A DNA stretch of 64,000 bases from NCBI GenBank assembly GCA_046045965.1, contig JBJOKS010000003.1, positions 1 to 64,000 on the forward strand. The letters run 5' to 3'. Source of the stretch: Cyanobacteriota bacterium (GTDB lineage: Bacteria > Cyanobacteriota > Cyanobacteriia > Cyanobacteriales > Nostocaceae). The notes below the pieces were generated by a model, which made no database searches, was not told where the DNA came from, and saw only the letters and a list, made by a program, of their open reading frames with translations. A program made the position numbers and the translations under genes. Positions 61,833 to 64,000 of this stretch are shown one piece after another. Each line of letters opens with the position of its first letter. Position 1 is the stretch's first letter.

Positions 61833-63122
61833 ATGGTTACAACCTCTCGTCCAGTCTGGGAAAATCACTCTCCAGCGCATATTTGCCCGTTTGACCAAGC
61901 TTGTAGCTATTTAGAATGGGCTGGTAAAGAATTAAAATTAGATCCAGGTTTATTAGAAATTCTCAGCCATCCCCGTAAAGTCGTCACAGTTTCCATACCC
62001 GTAAAAATGGATAACGGGGAAATACGGGTTTTAGCAGGACATCGGGTACAACATTCCGATATTTTAGGACCATATAAAGGTGGTATTCGTTACCATCCGG
62101 CGGTGACATTACGGGAAGTTTCCGCTTTAGCCATGTTGATGACTTGGAAATGTGCGTTGCTGGGTATTCCCTACGGTGGTGCAAAAGGTGGAATTCCCAT
62201 AGATCCGAAAAAATACAGTGTGGGAGAATTAGAAAGAATTAGTAGGCGTTATATCAGTGAGTTAATTAAAGATATTGGACCATCCGTAGATATACCAGCC
62301 CCGGATATGGGTACTTCAGCCCGTGAAATGGCCTGGATGATGGATACCTATTCTGTTAATGTCGGTCATGCAGTACCAGGTGTGGTGACAGGTAAACCGC
62401 TTTCTGTGGGTGGTTCTCTGGGTCGGGAAATGGCTACGGGCCGGGGTGTAATGATTATTGTCCGTGAAGCATTGGCAGATCAAGGTAGATCCCTTGCAGG
62501 TGTGAGAATTGCCATTCAAGGTTTCGGTAATGTAGGCAGTGCTGCGGCTGAATTGTTACACCAGGAAGGCGCAAAAATTATTGCTGTTTCTAGTGGTGCT
62601 GGGGGTGTATTTTCGGAAACTGGTCTTGATATTCCGGCTTTAAAAGCTTACGCTGCTGAAAATCGTCGCAGTGTGGTAGGATTTCCTCAAGCTATGCCCA
62701 TTAGTAACGCAGATTTACTAACTTTACCTTGTGATGTATTAATTCCCGCAGCTTTGGAAAATCAAATTACGGAAGAAAATGTGCATCAAATTCAAGCCCA
62801 GTTTGTTGCTGAAGCGGCTAATGGTCCTGTGACTTTGGAAGCTAACCGAGTTTTAGAAGCTCATGGTGTGACGGTTTTACCGGATATTTTAGCTAATGCT
62901 GGTGGTGTGGTGGTGAGTTATTTGGAATGGGTGCAGGGTCTTTCTTATTTGTTCTGGGATGAGGAAAGGGTAAACCGCGAAATGGAACATTTGATGGTTA
63001 ATGCTTACCGCCAAGTGATTCAACAAGCACAGGTGCGACGAGTAAATTTACGGTTAGCTGCTTATACTCTTGGTGTGGGTAGAGTGGCGCAAGCTTTGAC
63101 TGATAGGGGTTTGTATCCTTAG
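61833..63122 (+). CDS. gdhA: Glu/Leu/Phe/Val dehydrogenase (glutamate dehydrogenase)
   Basis: GPYKGGIRYHP, GGAKGG, DIPAPD, ATGRGV, QGFGNVG, EAANGP and PDILANAGGV. Confidence 0.93.
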   Translation: MVTTSRPVWENHSPAHICPFDQACSYLEWAGKELKLDPGLLEILSHPRKVVTVSIPVKMDNGEIRVLAGHRVQHSDILGPYKGGIRYHPAVTLREVSALAMLMTWKCALLGIPYGGAKGGIPIDPKKYSVGELERISRRYISELIKDIGPSVDIPAPDMGTSAREMAWMMDTYSVNVGHAVPGVVTGKPLSVGGSLGREMATGRGVMIIVREALADQGRSLAGVRIAIQGFGNVGSAAAELLHQEGAKIIAVSSGAGGVFSETGLDIPALKAYAAENRRSVVGFPQAMPISNADLLTLPCDVLIPAALENQITEENVHQIQAQFVAEAANGPVTLEANRVLEAHGVTVLPDILANAGGVVVSYLEWVQGLSYLFWDEERVNREMEHLMVNAYRQVIQQAQVRRVNLRLAAYTLGVGRVAQALTDRGLYP

Positions 63123-63241
63123 TTATACAGACTGGGATTCAGTTGAGTAGGGGTTTAGTAATGCTAAACCCTTACATCATCATTAAAGTGAAAGTAACTA
63201 AAAAGTAACTAAATTGTCTACTTCATCTTGTAACCAAATAG

Positions 63242-64000
63242 TTAATAGCTGACAACATCTAGCTGACTAATGCTATTAACTTCGGTAATGGAAGTATAGT
63301 TCAAAACTTCTTCCAATACTAATCTTTCCTCACGTTTGGTGTTGGTGTCATAGACAATTTCTGTGACAAACCTTAAGTCTGACTTCGATAAATTAATATT
63401 ACCTAATCGCAGTTTGTTAAATTCCATTACCTCTGGGTTTAAAAAGTATTTGTTGCCTTTCTTTTGAATTAGTCTTGCTCCGGTAGTGTTATGAACTTGC
63501 ACCCAACGATTATTGTGACGAGCATAGATTGTGTAGACTACATTTGCATATTTAGTAACTGGTTTTTCCAGGATATCTAGATGTACAACGAAGCCTTTTT
63601 GATTGGAATTGACTAATCTTCCTAATTTGAATAAGCAATTCCAGTCTTTGACTCTAAAAGCTTTGGATGCGTAACGTTTTTCTCCTCTTCGCACTTCAAC
63701 TTGGCGACGATCATCATCACGTCTGTTATAGCTGTTGTTATAACTAACGTTTTGAGTGCTGGTAGTGGTTGTGGTACTGACGGTGGTTAGCTGAGTGATG
63801 TTAGTAATTTCGGTAATTGAACCATAATTCCAAACATCTTCCAAGACTAATCTTTCTTCCCGGTTTCCTTTGAGATCATAAATAATTTCTGTGACAACTT
63901 TGAGGTCTGATCTCGATAAATCAAAGTTACCTAATCTCAGTTTGCTAAATTCAATTACTTCTGGGTTTAAGAAGTATTTTTTGCCTTTCTTTTCAATCCG
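63242..64000 (-). CDS. Hypothetical protein with a tandemly repeated domain; 5' end lies beyond the window
   Basis: The frame stays open to 64000; KYFLNPEV.EF.KLRLGN..LS.SDL..VTEI.YD....REERLVLE.V.NY.SITE occurs twice. Confidence 0.75.
   Translation of the reverse strand, partial: RIEKKGKKYFLNPEVIEFSKLRLGNFDLSRSDLKVVTEIIYDLKGNREERLVLEDVWNYGSITEITNITQLTTVSTTTTTSTQNVSYNNSYNRRDDDRRQVEVRRGEKRYASKAFRVKDWNCLFKLGRLVNSNQKGFVVHLDILEKPVTKYANVVYTIYARHNNRWVQVHNTTGARLIQKKGNKYFLNPEVMEFNKLRLGNINLSKSDLRFVTEIVYDTNTKREERLVLEEVLNYTSITEVNSISQLDVVSY

Overview
AT-rich chromosomal window from a filamentous heterocyst-forming cyanobacterium (Nostocales-like). The basis is frequent HIP1 GCGATCGC octamers, STRR heptamer arrays and cyanobacterial gene content. 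Most of it is housekeeping or typical Nostocales content: panE-like, cruP-like, nagA, purE, two terD genes, amt, an M16 peptidase pair, menH, pepP, glk, a TRAP transporter, split oxoprolinase, xth, a folate/biopterin carrier and gdhA. The standout is a ~12 kb accessory locus (39404-51422) in which I saw no HIP1 site. It holds a divergent vWA-like lipoprotein, a 4-TM protein, a divergent tubulin/FtsZ-like GTPase and a 1088-aa protein with a C-terminal Hsp70/actin-fold ATPase. Four coiled-coil proteins follow, carrying six copies of one unassigned ~115-aa domain; one of these proteins spans the membrane and has a peptidoglycan-binding-like segment. Other points are an orphan double-glycine-leader peptide with a His-rich core, a candidate structured RNA leader upstream of amt, two pseudogenes (an nfeD-SPFH deletion fusion and an SDR gene broken by a MITE) and several dispersed MITE/REP-like repeat families. 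No rRNA, tRNA, CRISPR array or transposase was recognised. All calls come from reading motifs by eye; no searches were run.
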